From a virus (Duplodnaviria > Caudoviricetes), in the IMG/VR virus record IMGVR_UViG_3300020336_000224, positions 1-50,686 of that record: a stretch of DNA of 50,686 nucleotides. One strand, written 5' to 3'. The notes beneath the pieces were generated by a model that did not search any database, was not told where the DNA came from, and saw only the letters and a list, made by a program, of their open reading frames with translations. Shown piece by piece: positions 10,215 through 19,749 of the stretch. How positions within the stretch are numbered: the first letter of the stretch is position 1; every line of letters starts with the position of its first letter. Position numbers and translations under genes: made by a program.

Positions 10215-10870
10215 TGAGTATGCTAATAAAGACGAAGTTTTCTACACCAATTGACGATATAAACAGTGTAATAGGAGATGTTTTTGATAAAGGAAAACAT
10301 GATATTTCTAATCCAACAGGGAATTTTTTTTATGATCCTTGGCAACTAAAAAGTGAATACTTAGGTACACCTTGGGAAACTATACTTAATAGTTTACCTG
10401 GAGATAAAGGACAAGCAAGAGTAATCATTTTAGAATCTCCTAGTTGTTATACAGCTCATTCAGATATTGATGACAGATATCATTTAAATTTATTTGGCGA
10501 TGAAGCATACCTTATAGATTTAGAAGAACAAAAAATGTATAAAACTATAAAAGATGGAATTTGGTATGATATGGATGCAGGTAAAATACACACTGCAATG
10601 AGCATTGGTGAGCATGTTAGAGCACAACTAGTAGTACGTAAGTTACTTAACAAAAATAAATTACAAAATCCTGTAACAGTAAAAGTATATGGCAACGATA
10701 ATCCAAGATATAAATTTGATAACGTGTTAAGTCCGTGGCTAAATTGTGCAAATAAAAAAGGTACTATTACAAATGTGTCTATAGTTAAATTTGGAATACA
10801 ATTTGATATTGAAGAAAATCTTATAAGCACTATTCCTATACCAGAAAAAATGAAGGTAGAAATTTTATGA
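10214..10870 (+). CDS. Fe(II)/2OG oxygenase (aspartyl beta-hydroxylase-like); start may be 10220
   Basis: YTAHSD...RYHL...IHTA facial triad pattern. Confidence 0.65.
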   Translation: MSMLIKTKFSTPIDDINSVIGDVFDKGKHDISNPTGNFFYDPWQLKSEYLGTPWETILNSLPGDKGQARVIILESPSCYTAHSDIDDRYHLNLFGDEAYLIDLEEQKMYKTIKDGIWYDMDAGKIHTAMSIGEHVRAQLVVRKLLNKNKLQNPVTVKVYGNDNPRYKFDNVLSPWLNCANKKGTITNVSIVKFGIQFDIEENLISTIPIPEKMKVEIL

Positions 10871-11787
10871 AAATTTTAATGACAGGGTCATCAGGTTTTA
10901 TAGGATCCCATTTAAAAGAAAGATTACAAAATCACCAACTGCACCATTTAGTATCTGATCTAACAGATCATAAAAGTGTAACAGATGAAGTATTAGCAGT
11001 TAAGCCAGATATAATAGTACATCTTGCAGCTCGTACAGAAGTAGAACAAAGTTTTTACGAACAAATTGCTTTTAGCGAAATTAATTACGTAGGTACTGTA
11101 AATTTAATTGAAGTAGCAACTAAGGTTAAAAATTTAAAAAATTTTGTATTTGCAAGTACTATGGAAGTTTACGGTTGGCAACCTATATCTGACGATGTAG
11201 AAAAAAATATTATACCAAAAAATTATATAGCATTTGATGAAAATACACAGCCTAATCCTAATGCACCATACGCAGTTGCAAAGTATGGGTGTGAAAAATA
11301 TTTAGAATATGCACACCGTTGTTTAAGGTTACCTTTTACAGCATTACGTCAAACTAATTGTTATGGTCGAAAAGACAATCAGTTTTTTGTAACTGAACAA
11401 ATTATTAGTCAAATGCTAACAAATCCAGAAGAATGTAATTTAGGTTATGCAGAACCGTATCGTAATTTTATTTTTGTTGATGATATGCTTGATGCCTGGA
11501 CTACAGTAATTAATAATCCTGACAAATGTAATGACGGAAGTATTTTTACAATTGGCCCAGACAATCCTATTAAGATTAAAGACTATGCAGAACTAATTGC
11601 TAAAAAGTTAGACTGGAAAGGAACAATCACTTGGGATACAAAGTTATTTAGAGCCGGCGAAATATACTGGTTAAATAGTAACAACGCACTTATAACTAAA
11701 AAATTAGGCTGGAAGCCAAAAGTTACACTAGATGAAGGATTAGATAGGACTATTGAAATATGGAAACGCAATTTGAGCCTTACTTAA
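10867..11787 (+). CDS. NAD-dependent nucleotide-sugar epimerase/dehydratase
   Basis: TGSSGFIG, HLAA, ASTMEVYG, YAVAK. Confidence 0.9.
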   Translation: MKILMTGSSGFIGSHLKERLQNHQLHHLVSDLTDHKSVTDEVLAVKPDIIVHLAARTEVEQSFYEQIAFSEINYVGTVNLIEVATKVKNLKNFVFASTMEVYGWQPISDDVEKNIIPKNYIAFDENTQPNPNAPYAVAKYGCEKYLEYAHRCLRLPFTALRQTNCYGRKDNQFFVTEQIISQMLTNPEECNLGYAEPYRNFIFVDDMLDAWTTVINNPDKCNDGSIFTIGPDNPIKIKDYAELIAKKLDWKGTITWDTKLFRAGEIYWLNSNNALITKKLGWKPKVTLDEGLDRTIEIWKRNLSLT

Positions 11788-12446
11788 AATTAGATCCTAG
11801 CGGAATTAAATGCATGGCTCAACAAACCTATGAGCCTTTAGTAAGTAAAGACGGAAAAACATTTTGCAAAAATTATAACTTTCCTAACGAATATGCATAC
11901 AGAGATCAAAAAGATCGTCCATTGTATACAGAAGATGTTGTGGATTGGTTTTTTCAAAATGAATTACATTACTTAAAAAAGTTTGAAGGTAAACCTTATG
12001 CACCAGAAATTATAGATATAAAAAACAAAAAAATTTATATAAAATGGTATGGTAAAAGTTGTAATCAAATTATATATGCAAATAAACCTTGGCCAGTTCC
12101 AGACTGGCAACAACAAATTAAAGACATTATACTAGATCAATATAATGAAGGTGTATATAAATTAACAATGTATCCGCATTGTCATTATGTAGACAATAAT
12201 AATCAGATGAAAGCTATTGATTGGTATGGTTGTGTACCTGTTGAATCACCGTACATTGCAGAAAAATGGATGCAAGGTATAATACATGAAACTGCACAAT
12301 TTAGATTAGAAGAAACAGGTGCAGCAGTAGACAGTGTATTAAATTTAGAAACTATGTACAAACGTAGTTTAAGTACACACGTAAAATGGGGAGAAGAAAA
12401 TATGAACTATATCTATAGGGAAATATTTGGAGAAAAACATGGCTAA
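11760..12446 (+). CDS. Protein-kinase-like fold protein (degenerate catalytic loop)
   Basis: F-x-N-E helix, APEIID, YKLTMYPHCHYV...KAIDWY; paralogue of 17700-18392. Confidence 0.4.
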   Translation: METQFEPYLKLDPSGIKCMAQQTYEPLVSKDGKTFCKNYNFPNEYAYRDQKDRPLYTEDVVDWFFQNELHYLKKFEGKPYAPEIIDIKNKKIYIKWYGKSCNQIIYANKPWPVPDWQQQIKDIILDQYNEGVYKLTMYPHCHYVDNNNQMKAIDWYGCVPVESPYIAEKWMQGIIHETAQFRLEETGAAVDSVLNLETMYKRSLSTHVKWGEENMNYIYREIFGEKHG

Positions 12447-13038
12447 ATTATTAGGAAATACAAAAGACCTATTTGATTGGAATGAAGTTACATCTTGGTG
12501 TGAAAAAGATGGCGGCGTTGCATCTGGACTTGTTCAAGCAGGTGATGATTACATGGATTACTGGAACAAAACTTTACTAAATGAAGAAAATACTCATGAA
12601 TCTGAAATGAATGATTATTGGCACGATTTATTTGGATGCGGGTATCGTTGGGATTTAATTTGGTGGCAATGGATAGGAACAGATATGTATAAAGAATTTA
12701 TAGACAAGTTTTCTAAACATATAAAAGTTAAACACTTAAAGTCTTTTGTATCACGTCTTGATCCAGGTAATGTTGCGCCACCTCATTGGGATGAATGTGA
12801 TTCTGCCCTTGTAACTCCAACCAATGAAGGTAAAATTTTTAGATATATAGTGTTTTTAAATGATCCAGATCCAGGACAAGCGTTTTTATTAAAAGATCAT
12901 TGCCATTATAATGAAAAAGCAGGTGGATTATATCTTTGGGATGATTATAGAGATTTTCATGCTGCATTTAACACAGGTAGTAAACCACAATATCTTTTTC
13001 ATTTTATAGGAACAACGGACGGATATCAAGATGAGTAA
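12439..13038 (+). CDS. Fe(II)/2OG oxygenase-like protein
   Basis: PGNVAPPHWD...FHAAFN; GGAG SD before ATG 12439. Confidence 0.7.
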   Translation: MAKLLGNTKDLFDWNEVTSWCEKDGGVASGLVQAGDDYMDYWNKTLLNEENTHESEMNDYWHDLFGCGYRWDLIWWQWIGTDMYKEFIDKFSKHIKVKHLKSFVSRLDPGNVAPPHWDECDSALVTPTNEGKIFRYIVFLNDPDPGQAFLLKDHCHYNEKAGGLYLWDDYRDFHAAFNTGSKPQYLFHFIGTTDGYQDE

Positions 13039-13450
13039 TAATGAATTATATGAAAAGTTAAATTCTTTAGAAACAAAATACTATTCTTTAAGTACATTTT
13101 TTAGTGAAGACAATAGTGCTATCTTAGAAAAGTATAAATCTTTGTTAGCAAATGACTTTAGAATAGATACAATTGAGTGGCGTGAATTTTATGTTGATGA
13201 TAATAAAATTGTTTTAAAAGTATTGCCTGGAAGATGTGCACCATTACATTGGAATTGGCATAACAATAAAGGAAAACAAGTACTATCATCGTTGCGTGAT
13301 TCGTCTTTTGGTCAAACTATTTTAACTACAGATGAAGCACTTGTTCTAGAACCAAATGAATCGCATACTAATAATATTGATGATTATTGTTTTATTGCTA
13401 ATTGTAGTATTAGACCTATGTGGATATTAAGGACTATAACCGATGCCTAA
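13031..13450 (+). CDS. Degenerate Fe(II)/2OG oxygenase paralogue
   Basis: PGRCAPLHWN...GQ...CFIANC aligns to neighbours but lacks Asp and distal His. Confidence 0.5.
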   Translation: MSNNELYEKLNSLETKYYSLSTFFSEDNSAILEKYKSLLANDFRIDTIEWREFYVDDNKIVLKVLPGRCAPLHWNWHNNKGKQVLSSLRDSSFGQTILTTDEALVLEPNESHTNNIDDYCFIANCSIRPMWILRTITDA

Positions 13451-14015
13451 ATACTTTGGTACTACAGAAGGTATAATTGATTGGAACCCTGTTGTACAAG
13501 CCTGCGAACAATGTACTACTGGTGATAAAAACACAGTAACAAGTGTAGTTGATCGCAGTGAAGCAGAAGCAGAAGGTCCACTACTAGAAAGTTATAGGGG
13601 TATTATAAACACATGGCAAAATGCCGGGTACAGTTTAGAAGAAATATATTGGCACGATTATTACCCTGGTGAACACTTTGATATTGAAATACAAAATAAA
13701 TTTGCTAAAATTATAAACGCAGAACCTTTAAGGGTATTTGTAAGTGAAGTTGACCCAGGGCGTAATGTTCCATATCATTGGGATGTAGAAGATAAAGAAG
13801 ACGAATGGTTAAAACTAGGTGAACTAAAACGTTGGGTGTGCTTTATGGATAAACCAAGATGGGGTAACATTCTTATACTTGAAGATGAATGTTTTCATAA
13901 TAGCCCACAAGGCGAAATATGGGAATGGGACAATTATAGAAGTTATCATGCAGGAACAAGTATGGGAATACACAAGCAATACATGTTTCATTTTTTAGGA
14001 AGACCAAACAAATGA
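13443..14015 (+). CDS. Fe(II)/2OG oxygenase-like protein
   Basis: PGRNVPYHWD...YHAGTS. Confidence 0.7.
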   Translation: MPKYFGTTEGIIDWNPVVQACEQCTTGDKNTVTSVVDRSEAEAEGPLLESYRGIINTWQNAGYSLEEIYWHDYYPGEHFDIEIQNKFAKIINAEPLRVFVSEVDPGRNVPYHWDVEDKEDEWLKLGELKRWVCFMDKPRWGNILILEDECFHNSPQGEIWEWDNYRSYHAGTSMGIHKQYMFHFLGRPNK

Positions 14016-14590
14016 TAAAAATTAGAAATGCATTAGCAATGGGAATGACAAAGTTTTTTAGATTCTTTGCAGATACATTTTTTGCTAAACGATACGGACA
14101 CAGAGCAGTTGTACTAGAAACAGTAGCAGGTGTGCCTGGTATGGTTGCAGGCATGTGGTTGCATTTTAAAAGTTTGCGTAAAATGAAAACAGGTTTTGGT
14201 CCTGACATTAGAGAGATGTTAGAGGAAGCAGAAAATGAAAGAATGCATTTGATGTTTTTTATTGCAATCGCTAACCCTAACTTTTTTGAAAGACTATTAG
14301 TTGTGTTAGCACAAATTATCTTTATGGTTTTTTATTTTATAATCTATGTGATCAGTTATAGACTTGCACACAAAATGATTGCATACTTTGAAGAAGAAGC
14401 GGTTAGAAGTTATACTGACTATCTAGCAATGGTAGAGAATGGAGAAGTAGAAAATGTTCCTGCACCACAACTAGCAATTGATTATTATAAAATGAAAAAG
14501 GATGCTCGGCTATCAGATTTAATTAAATGTGTAAGAGCAGATGAAGAACATCATAGTAAAGTAAATCATAGGTATGCAGATGCAGATTAA
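14012..14590 (+). CDS. aox: Alternative oxidase (ubiquinol oxidase, di-iron)
   Basis: LETVAGVPGMV, EEAENERMHL, FEEEAVRSYT, RADEEHH signature motifs. Confidence 0.95.
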   Translation: MIKIRNALAMGMTKFFRFFADTFFAKRYGHRAVVLETVAGVPGMVAGMWLHFKSLRKMKTGFGPDIREMLEEAENERMHLMFFIAIANPNFFERLLVVLAQIIFMVFYFIIYVISYRLAHKMIAYFEEEAVRSYTDYLAMVENGEVENVPAPQLAIDYYKMKKDARLSDLIKCVRADEEHHSKVNHRYADAD

Positions 14591-15113
14591 ACATTTAGGG
14601 ATATGTAATACTATTGATTGGGATAGTGTAATTGATCAATGTGCAAGTGTTGATCCTGAGTATGTAGGACCAAGTCACAAGCGTGGAGATAATGTTCCTG
14701 GTTTAGATCCTATCCTAGATATGTGGGAAGAAGCAGGATACAAAACAGTACATGAAGGCGGCACAGCAGGTTGGGATATGTTTATTCCAGGCAAACAGTT
14801 TGATCAAACTATTGCTGATGACTGGAATAACTTTTACAATTTAGATTGTAAAAATGTTTGGATCAGTAGAGTGTGGCCTGGAAGGTATGCTCCAATTCAT
14901 TGGGACGTACACGATGACGAAGAAAATTTACCTGATTGTCCTAGGTATCACTGCCATATAGGAACTCCTCAATGGGGACACATTTTTATTGCAGGTGACA
15001 AAACATTTTACAATGTTCCGCAAGGAACAACTTACGAATGGGTAGATAGAAAAATATGGCATGCCGGAACTAATTGCGGTTTAGTGCCTAAGTACATATG
15101 GAACGCATGGTAA
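14574..15113 (+). CDS. Fe(II)/2OG oxygenase-like protein
   Basis: PGRYAPIHWD...WHAGTN. Confidence 0.7.
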   Translation: MQMQIKHLGICNTIDWDSVIDQCASVDPEYVGPSHKRGDNVPGLDPILDMWEEAGYKTVHEGGTAGWDMFIPGKQFDQTIADDWNNFYNLDCKNVWISRVWPGRYAPIHWDVHDDEENLPDCPRYHCHIGTPQWGHIFIAGDKTFYNVPQGTTYEWVDRKIWHAGTNCGLVPKYIWNAW

Positions 15114-16144
15114 TGGAAACAGGAATAGTACAATGGTTTAATGACTCAAAGTGTTTTGGTTTTATAAAAGCTGAAAACGGTGATGAAGTTATGTGCGAGA
15201 AATGGCACATAGTAGGTGATGTAAAAACTTTAAATCCAAGACAAAAAGTTACGTTTAACAGATTTGAATGGGAAGGTAAAGAACGTGCAAACGATATTAC
15301 TGTAATAGAAGATAATGCTGTACCAGAACCAACTTATTCTATGAATAAAGGTACAGTGTATTGCGAAAATCCGTTAATAATTGTTTTTGATAACGTTATA
15401 TCAGAAGAAATGTGTGATGAAATAATTGCAAAACATGAAATAGATGGTATGAATTTAGATAGTGGAAAACAAAGTAGACAGGAAAGTTATACACAGGTTA
15501 CTGAAGATGTAGAACAACGCGGCATTAGTCTAGGAATGGATCCGCATCATTATGGTATTATTGCAAATGCTATTGTAGATAATTGTGGATTTCCTAATAG
15601 TCTTATAGAAGCTATTGATATTTACAATTATGATGTAGGCAGATATTTAGACTTGCATCATGATTATCCATACTTTCCAGATAAAATAAATTATTATTCT
15701 TATGGTGGCAATGATAGAATAGGTACAGGTATTTTATATTTAAATGATGACTATGAAGGCGGCACAACATATTTTCCAAAACTTGATGTAGATATAAAAC
15801 CTAAAAAAGGTAGTATGTTATACTTCAAGCAGTGTTATGATGAAGCCACTAATTGGAGTACTATACACGAAAGCACGGTAATTAATAAAGGAACAAAATG
15901 GATAGCTAGTTGTTTCTTTGCTGAAAAAGAACGTATCGGCTTTACAGACAGGAGTGAATTTATGCCAGAAGAAAATCCAAAATTTGACGATCCATTCTAT
16001 ATAAAAAAGTTTATGGATATTCAGCGAGGCAATGTAGTGCTTTATCGAAAATTAAAAAATTTAGAAAACAGTAAATTAAAACAAGTAATTGAAAATCATT
16101 TAGGTGAAGATTTTTTTAAAAACCTAGATGACTTAGTAAAATGA
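15113..16144 (+). CDS. Cold-shock domain / prolyl-4-hydroxylase-like 2OG-Fe(II) oxygenase fusion
   Basis: N-terminal GIVQWFNDSKCFGFI (CSD RNP1); C-terminal HHD...RIGTGILYLNDDYEGGTTYFP...IHE...GTKW. Confidence 0.85.
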   Translation: METGIVQWFNDSKCFGFIKAENGDEVMCEKWHIVGDVKTLNPRQKVTFNRFEWEGKERANDITVIEDNAVPEPTYSMNKGTVYCENPLIIVFDNVISEEMCDEIIAKHEIDGMNLDSGKQSRQESYTQVTEDVEQRGISLGMDPHHYGIIANAIVDNCGFPNSLIEAIDIYNYDVGRYLDLHHDYPYFPDKINYYSYGGNDRIGTGILYLNDDYEGGTTYFPKLDVDIKPKKGSMLYFKQCYDEATNWSTIHESTVINKGTKWIASCFFAEKERIGFTDRSEFMPEENPKFDDPFYIKKFMDIQRGNVVLYRKLKNLENSKLKQVIENHLGEDFFKNLDDLVK

Positions 16145-16578
16145 AAATATATATAACAGGCACAAACAGAGGACTAGGTAAGCATCTTGCTGATATGTTT
16201 GATTGTACAACATTAGATAGACCACTTGATCTTAATACTGATATAGATTCTATTTGTAATAGTATTGAAGATGATAGCCTTGTAATATTAAATGCACATG
16301 CTAGTCAAAAAGAATACGTTGTACGTTTATATAAAAGATGTAAGTTAGTAGTTATGGGCAGTATAGCAACATTGCATAACGACACACAGATGTTAGAATA
16401 CACTAAAGAAAAAATTTTACTAGAAAAATATTGCGAAAGTATATCAACACATAGTCCATTGTTATATCTTAGACTTACAAGTAGCAGTTATAAAAATTAC
16501 AAATTAATAACCAACAGTATTAAATTTTGGATAGAAAATCCAGACATAACTTTTATAGGATATAATGTAAATGAATGA
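16141..16578 (+). CDS. Short, truncated SDR-family oxidoreductase
   Basis: ITGTNRGLG, LNA, VMGS, YTKEK. Confidence 0.65.
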   Translation: MKIYITGTNRGLGKHLADMFDCTTLDRPLDLNTDIDSICNSIEDDSLVILNAHASQKEYVVRLYKRCKLVVMGSIATLHNDTQMLEYTKEKILLEKYCESISTHSPLLYLRLTSSSYKNYKLITNSIKFWIENPDITFIGYNVNE

Positions 16579-17173
16579 AGATAGAATTGTAATTACAGGA
16601 CACACCGGTGGTATTGGTAAAGCAATATTTGATAAATTTACAGAAGTTAGTTGTCATAAGATTATAGGTATGAGTCGTAGCAACGGTTATGATATTGAAA
16701 AAGATTTTGATAAGATTGTACAAGAAGCAGCAGGTGCAGACCTCTTTATAAACAACGCATATAGAGACAAGCAACAACTAAAACTTTTTCATGCACTTAA
16801 AGACAAAGTAAACATAATGGTTGTTATGGGCAGTGTTAGTAGACATTATCCTGAACTTATTCCAACAGATTATGTACATGACAAACAAGAACTTGCAGAA
16901 GCATGTAGATTAGAAAGTATAAATCCAAATGGTATTCCTATTTTACATTTAGATTTAAGTTTTATTGAAGGTACAGATTTTGATAAAAATGATCCTACTG
17001 CATTTAATAGTGATTACAATACACCTCTTGAAGACATTGTTGATACAATTATGTTTTGGGCAGAAAAACCTAGTATAAGACAAATTGAATTTAGGTGGAA
17101 ATTAACGGAACATGTTAAATCTGAGCTAGAACGTATTAATCCTAACTTAGACCCATCTAGGATACAGTTCTAA
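16571..17173 (+). CDS. SDR-family oxidoreductase
   Basis: ITGHTGGIG, INNA, VMGS, YVHDK. Confidence 0.75.
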   Translation: MNEDRIVITGHTGGIGKAIFDKFTEVSCHKIIGMSRSNGYDIEKDFDKIVQEAAGADLFINNAYRDKQQLKLFHALKDKVNIMVVMGSVSRHYPELIPTDYVHDKQELAEACRLESINPNGIPILHLDLSFIEGTDFDKNDPTAFNSDYNTPLEDIVDTIMFWAEKPSIRQIEFRWKLTEHVKSELERINPNLDPSRIQF

Positions 17174-17707
17174 ATTAGCATAAAATTTATCGGGGTGTAT
17201 TTCCCACACAGTTTGATCTGTGTGTCTATAATGTACTTCTTTAATTTTACTTACTACACCTATCTTAGCAAGTGTAGGAAAATATATAGAGTGTACTAGA
17301 CGCTGACTTCCTTCTTTACTTTTGTTTGAAGTTGCATACACTCTACCTTTACCTTTTGTCCATTCTAAACAAGCAGGAAGCATAAACTGATCTGTCAAGT
17401 TTTGATGTTCAGCACAAAGCCTATTTGCTTTTACTAATCCGTTGTGTGGTCTTGCTTCTCCAAACGTACATACTCTTGTAAGTATTCTATATGAGTTAGG
17501 CCCCATAACATCATCAAAGGAGTGAGCTGCTACACTTCCTATTGCTTTGTCATCACTATAAAGTATCCAAGCATTCCATTCACGTTCATTGTGAAAGCAG
17601 TCAATCATTACTTTTTGACTTGAGTTATTAACAAAGCCGCGGCGATCTGCTTCATTGTAAAACTCAGACAAGTCTAAGTCTTTGTTCCACTGTACCATCT
17701 TATGCAT
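17147..17707 (-). CDS. Putative GNAT-fold acyltransferase
   Basis: WILY...AIGSVAAH...YRILTR beta-strand pattern, VYATSN; start overlaps upstream stop. Confidence 0.4.
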   Translation of the reverse strand: MHKMVQWNKDLDLSEFYNEADRRGFVNNSSQKVMIDCFHNEREWNAWILYSDDKAIGSVAAHSFDDVMGPNSYRILTRVCTFGEARPHNGLVKANRLCAEHQNLTDQFMLPACLEWTKGKGRVYATSNKSKEGSQRLVHSIYFPTLAKIGVVSKIKEVHYRHTDQTVWEIHPDKFYANLELYPRWV

Positions 17708-18392
17708 AGATTGCTTTTGCCTTTTCCATAACTTCATCAGGAAAGTTTGTTTTAAAACTATCAAATGCTAGTAACTGTATTTGTGAATGAGGAGTATCTT
17801 TGTTTACGTCAATTCCAGCAGCCTTCATTTTAGGAAACAAGTCTGCTTGTCTATCTTCACTAATATGACTCATTACACTTCGTAAACTAATACCAAGATC
17901 TTGGTCACTGTATGTAAAGAAGTAATTAATACTTTTTAATTTCCCCTCAACTACAAAATAACTACTAGGGTGCATACTGTATTTGTACAATCCTAGATCC
18001 TTGTGTGCTTGGATAATCTCAAGCATCTGTGTATCCCAGTCTGGCAATACTTTACTATAATCTGTTCCTGTGCATCTAGCAAGTTCCCACATATCCGGAC
18101 CGCTAATTTCCAAATAAATTTTTCGAAACTCGTAGTCAATAGTAAATGCTGGTACATGTTGCGGATACTCTTTGCCCATTAATTTAAGGAACATAATTTC
18201 TCTTTCAAACTTTTCATCCATTAGGGCTGGATCAACTACTTGATTATGTCCGCCATGATATCCTTCGTCGTTGTAATACCATTGACAAAATGTTTTCTTA
18301 TCCTTGCTAATAAGACTAGTATAAATTAAGTTATTACGACAAAGACCTTTTCCTGGTACTGTGTTATAGTAATATTCAAAGTTGTTACTCAT
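17700..18392 (-). CDS. Protein-kinase-like fold protein (degenerate catalytic loop)
   Basis: FEREIMFL, YKYSMHPSSYFV...KSINYF; paralogue of 11760-12446. Confidence 0.4.
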   Translation of the reverse strand: MSNNFEYYYNTVPGKGLCRNNLIYTSLISKDKKTFCQWYYNDEGYHGGHNQVVDPALMDEKFEREIMFLKLMGKEYPQHVPAFTIDYEFRKIYLEISGPDMWELARCTGTDYSKVLPDWDTQMLEIIQAHKDLGLYKYSMHPSSYFVVEGKLKSINYFFTYSDQDLGISLRSVMSHISEDRQADLFPKMKAAGIDVNKDTPHSQIQLLAFDSFKTNFPDEVMEKAKAIYA

Positions 18393-18397
18393 AGCTA

Positions 18398-18413
18398 TAT
18401 TTAACGGTAAATA
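18398..18413. promoter_or_regulatory. Divergent pair of T4-late-like TAAATA elements
   Basis: TAAATA at 18398-18403 (-) and 18408-18413 (+), each 5 nt before ATG (18392; 18419). Confidence 0.65.
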
Positions 18414-18418
18414 TCTAT

Positions 18419-19234
18419 ATGATTAAAGGAATTGGCGGCAAGCCCTATATTAACTTAGACCCTTATCTTGATATAGAAAAATTTAGAAATTTACATGCAG
18501 AAATATGTAGAGGCTTTGCACTAGCAAAAGACTATGCAAAAGAAGGTACTTGGATGGCACCTGGCTTTGAATGGAAAGACAGTAGTTACATACTAAATTG
18601 GAAACCTATATACAAAGCATGGGATGAATATCAAGCATTAGACGATAATGATCCTATCAAGATTGAAGGTAATAAAATTATGCCTACAGACTTTGGCGAT
18701 TATAAACAGCGTAATATTTTTACACGTTACTTAAAAACTACACTAGGAGCAAACGATCCGTACATATATTATTTTTTATGGAACGAAGGTGATTGGAATG
18801 AGCGTAGTGCAGAACGACAAAAGACAGATGAAGCAAGTTACTTTCCTGGGGTTGTTGAATGGGTAGAAAATTTACAAACACAAGGTATTATTGATCGCAT
18901 AGGTAGAGTTATATTCTTTCATTGTGATCATAATGGTAGAGCATTTGAACACAGAGACTTAGATGCAGACAATGGTGTACATGATGATAAGCAGTACAGT
19001 CCGCACAATGATGAGTTTATACACATACGCTATCGTACAAAAAGAGGATTTTATATATGGGATCCTGAGTCAGAAAACAAACATTATCTAAACTGTAATG
19101 CGGCATTTTGGAATGACCAAGACTGGCACGGGGGAGAAGAATCAAAAGAAGTAGAATACGGGTTACGTATTGATTGTAAGTTTACATCAGAGTTTAAAGA
19201 AAAACTAGGAATAAATCATTTAGAAAGTTATTGA
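18419..19234 (+). CDS. Fe(II)/2OG oxygenase-like protein
   Basis: FEHRD...DWHGG...LRID. Confidence 0.6.
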   Translation: MIKGIGGKPYINLDPYLDIEKFRNLHAEICRGFALAKDYAKEGTWMAPGFEWKDSSYILNWKPIYKAWDEYQALDDNDPIKIEGNKIMPTDFGDYKQRNIFTRYLKTTLGANDPYIYYFLWNEGDWNERSAERQKTDEASYFPGVVEWVENLQTQGIIDRIGRVIFFHCDHNGRAFEHRDLDADNGVHDDKQYSPHNDEFIHIRYRTKRGFYIWDPESENKHYLNCNAAFWNDQDWHGGEESKEVEYGLRIDCKFTSEFKEKLGINHLESY

Positions 19235-19235
19235 T

Positions 19236-19745
19236 ATGAAATACTTAGGAAATTTTTATAAAAAAATGATTGATCCTAATTGGATAGATATTATAGATAA
19301 AAATTCAGGACAAGCTCGTCCCGGAACTTGGAATCCTATCAATGATATTGAACGTGCTGAATTTGACAAAGCAAAAAAAGCAGGTATTGACTTTTCAAAA
19401 ACATTGTGGTATGTATACGAAAGCCAAGACGTAGACTTTGATATTAAACTTCCGTGGTCACATAGAGAAATACATTGGTGGATAACTAAAATGTTACCTG
19501 GACAATACATGCCTATGCACACTGACCCGCACACACATGACAGAAAATGTAAGCGTTATTGGATTCCTTTACAAGATTATGTTCCAGGGCATGTTTTTAT
19601 ATATGACGAACAACTTATACAACACTATGCTAGAGGTGATGTATTTGAATATTATGACGCTAACGATAGTCACGGTGCCGCAAATTTATCTACTATCAAT
19701 AGATATGTATTACAGGTAACCGAGTATATTGACACTATAAATTAA
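19236..19745 (+). CDS. Fe(II)/2OG oxygenase-like protein
   Basis: PGQYMPMHTD...PGH...SHGAAN...RYVLQVT. Confidence 0.7.
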   Translation: MKYLGNFYKKMIDPNWIDIIDKNSGQARPGTWNPINDIERAEFDKAKKAGIDFSKTLWYVYESQDVDFDIKLPWSHREIHWWITKMLPGQYMPMHTDPHTHDRKCKRYWIPLQDYVPGHVFIYDEQLIQHYARGDVFEYYDANDSHGAANLSTINRYVLQVTEYIDTIN

Positions 19746-19749
19746 AAAC

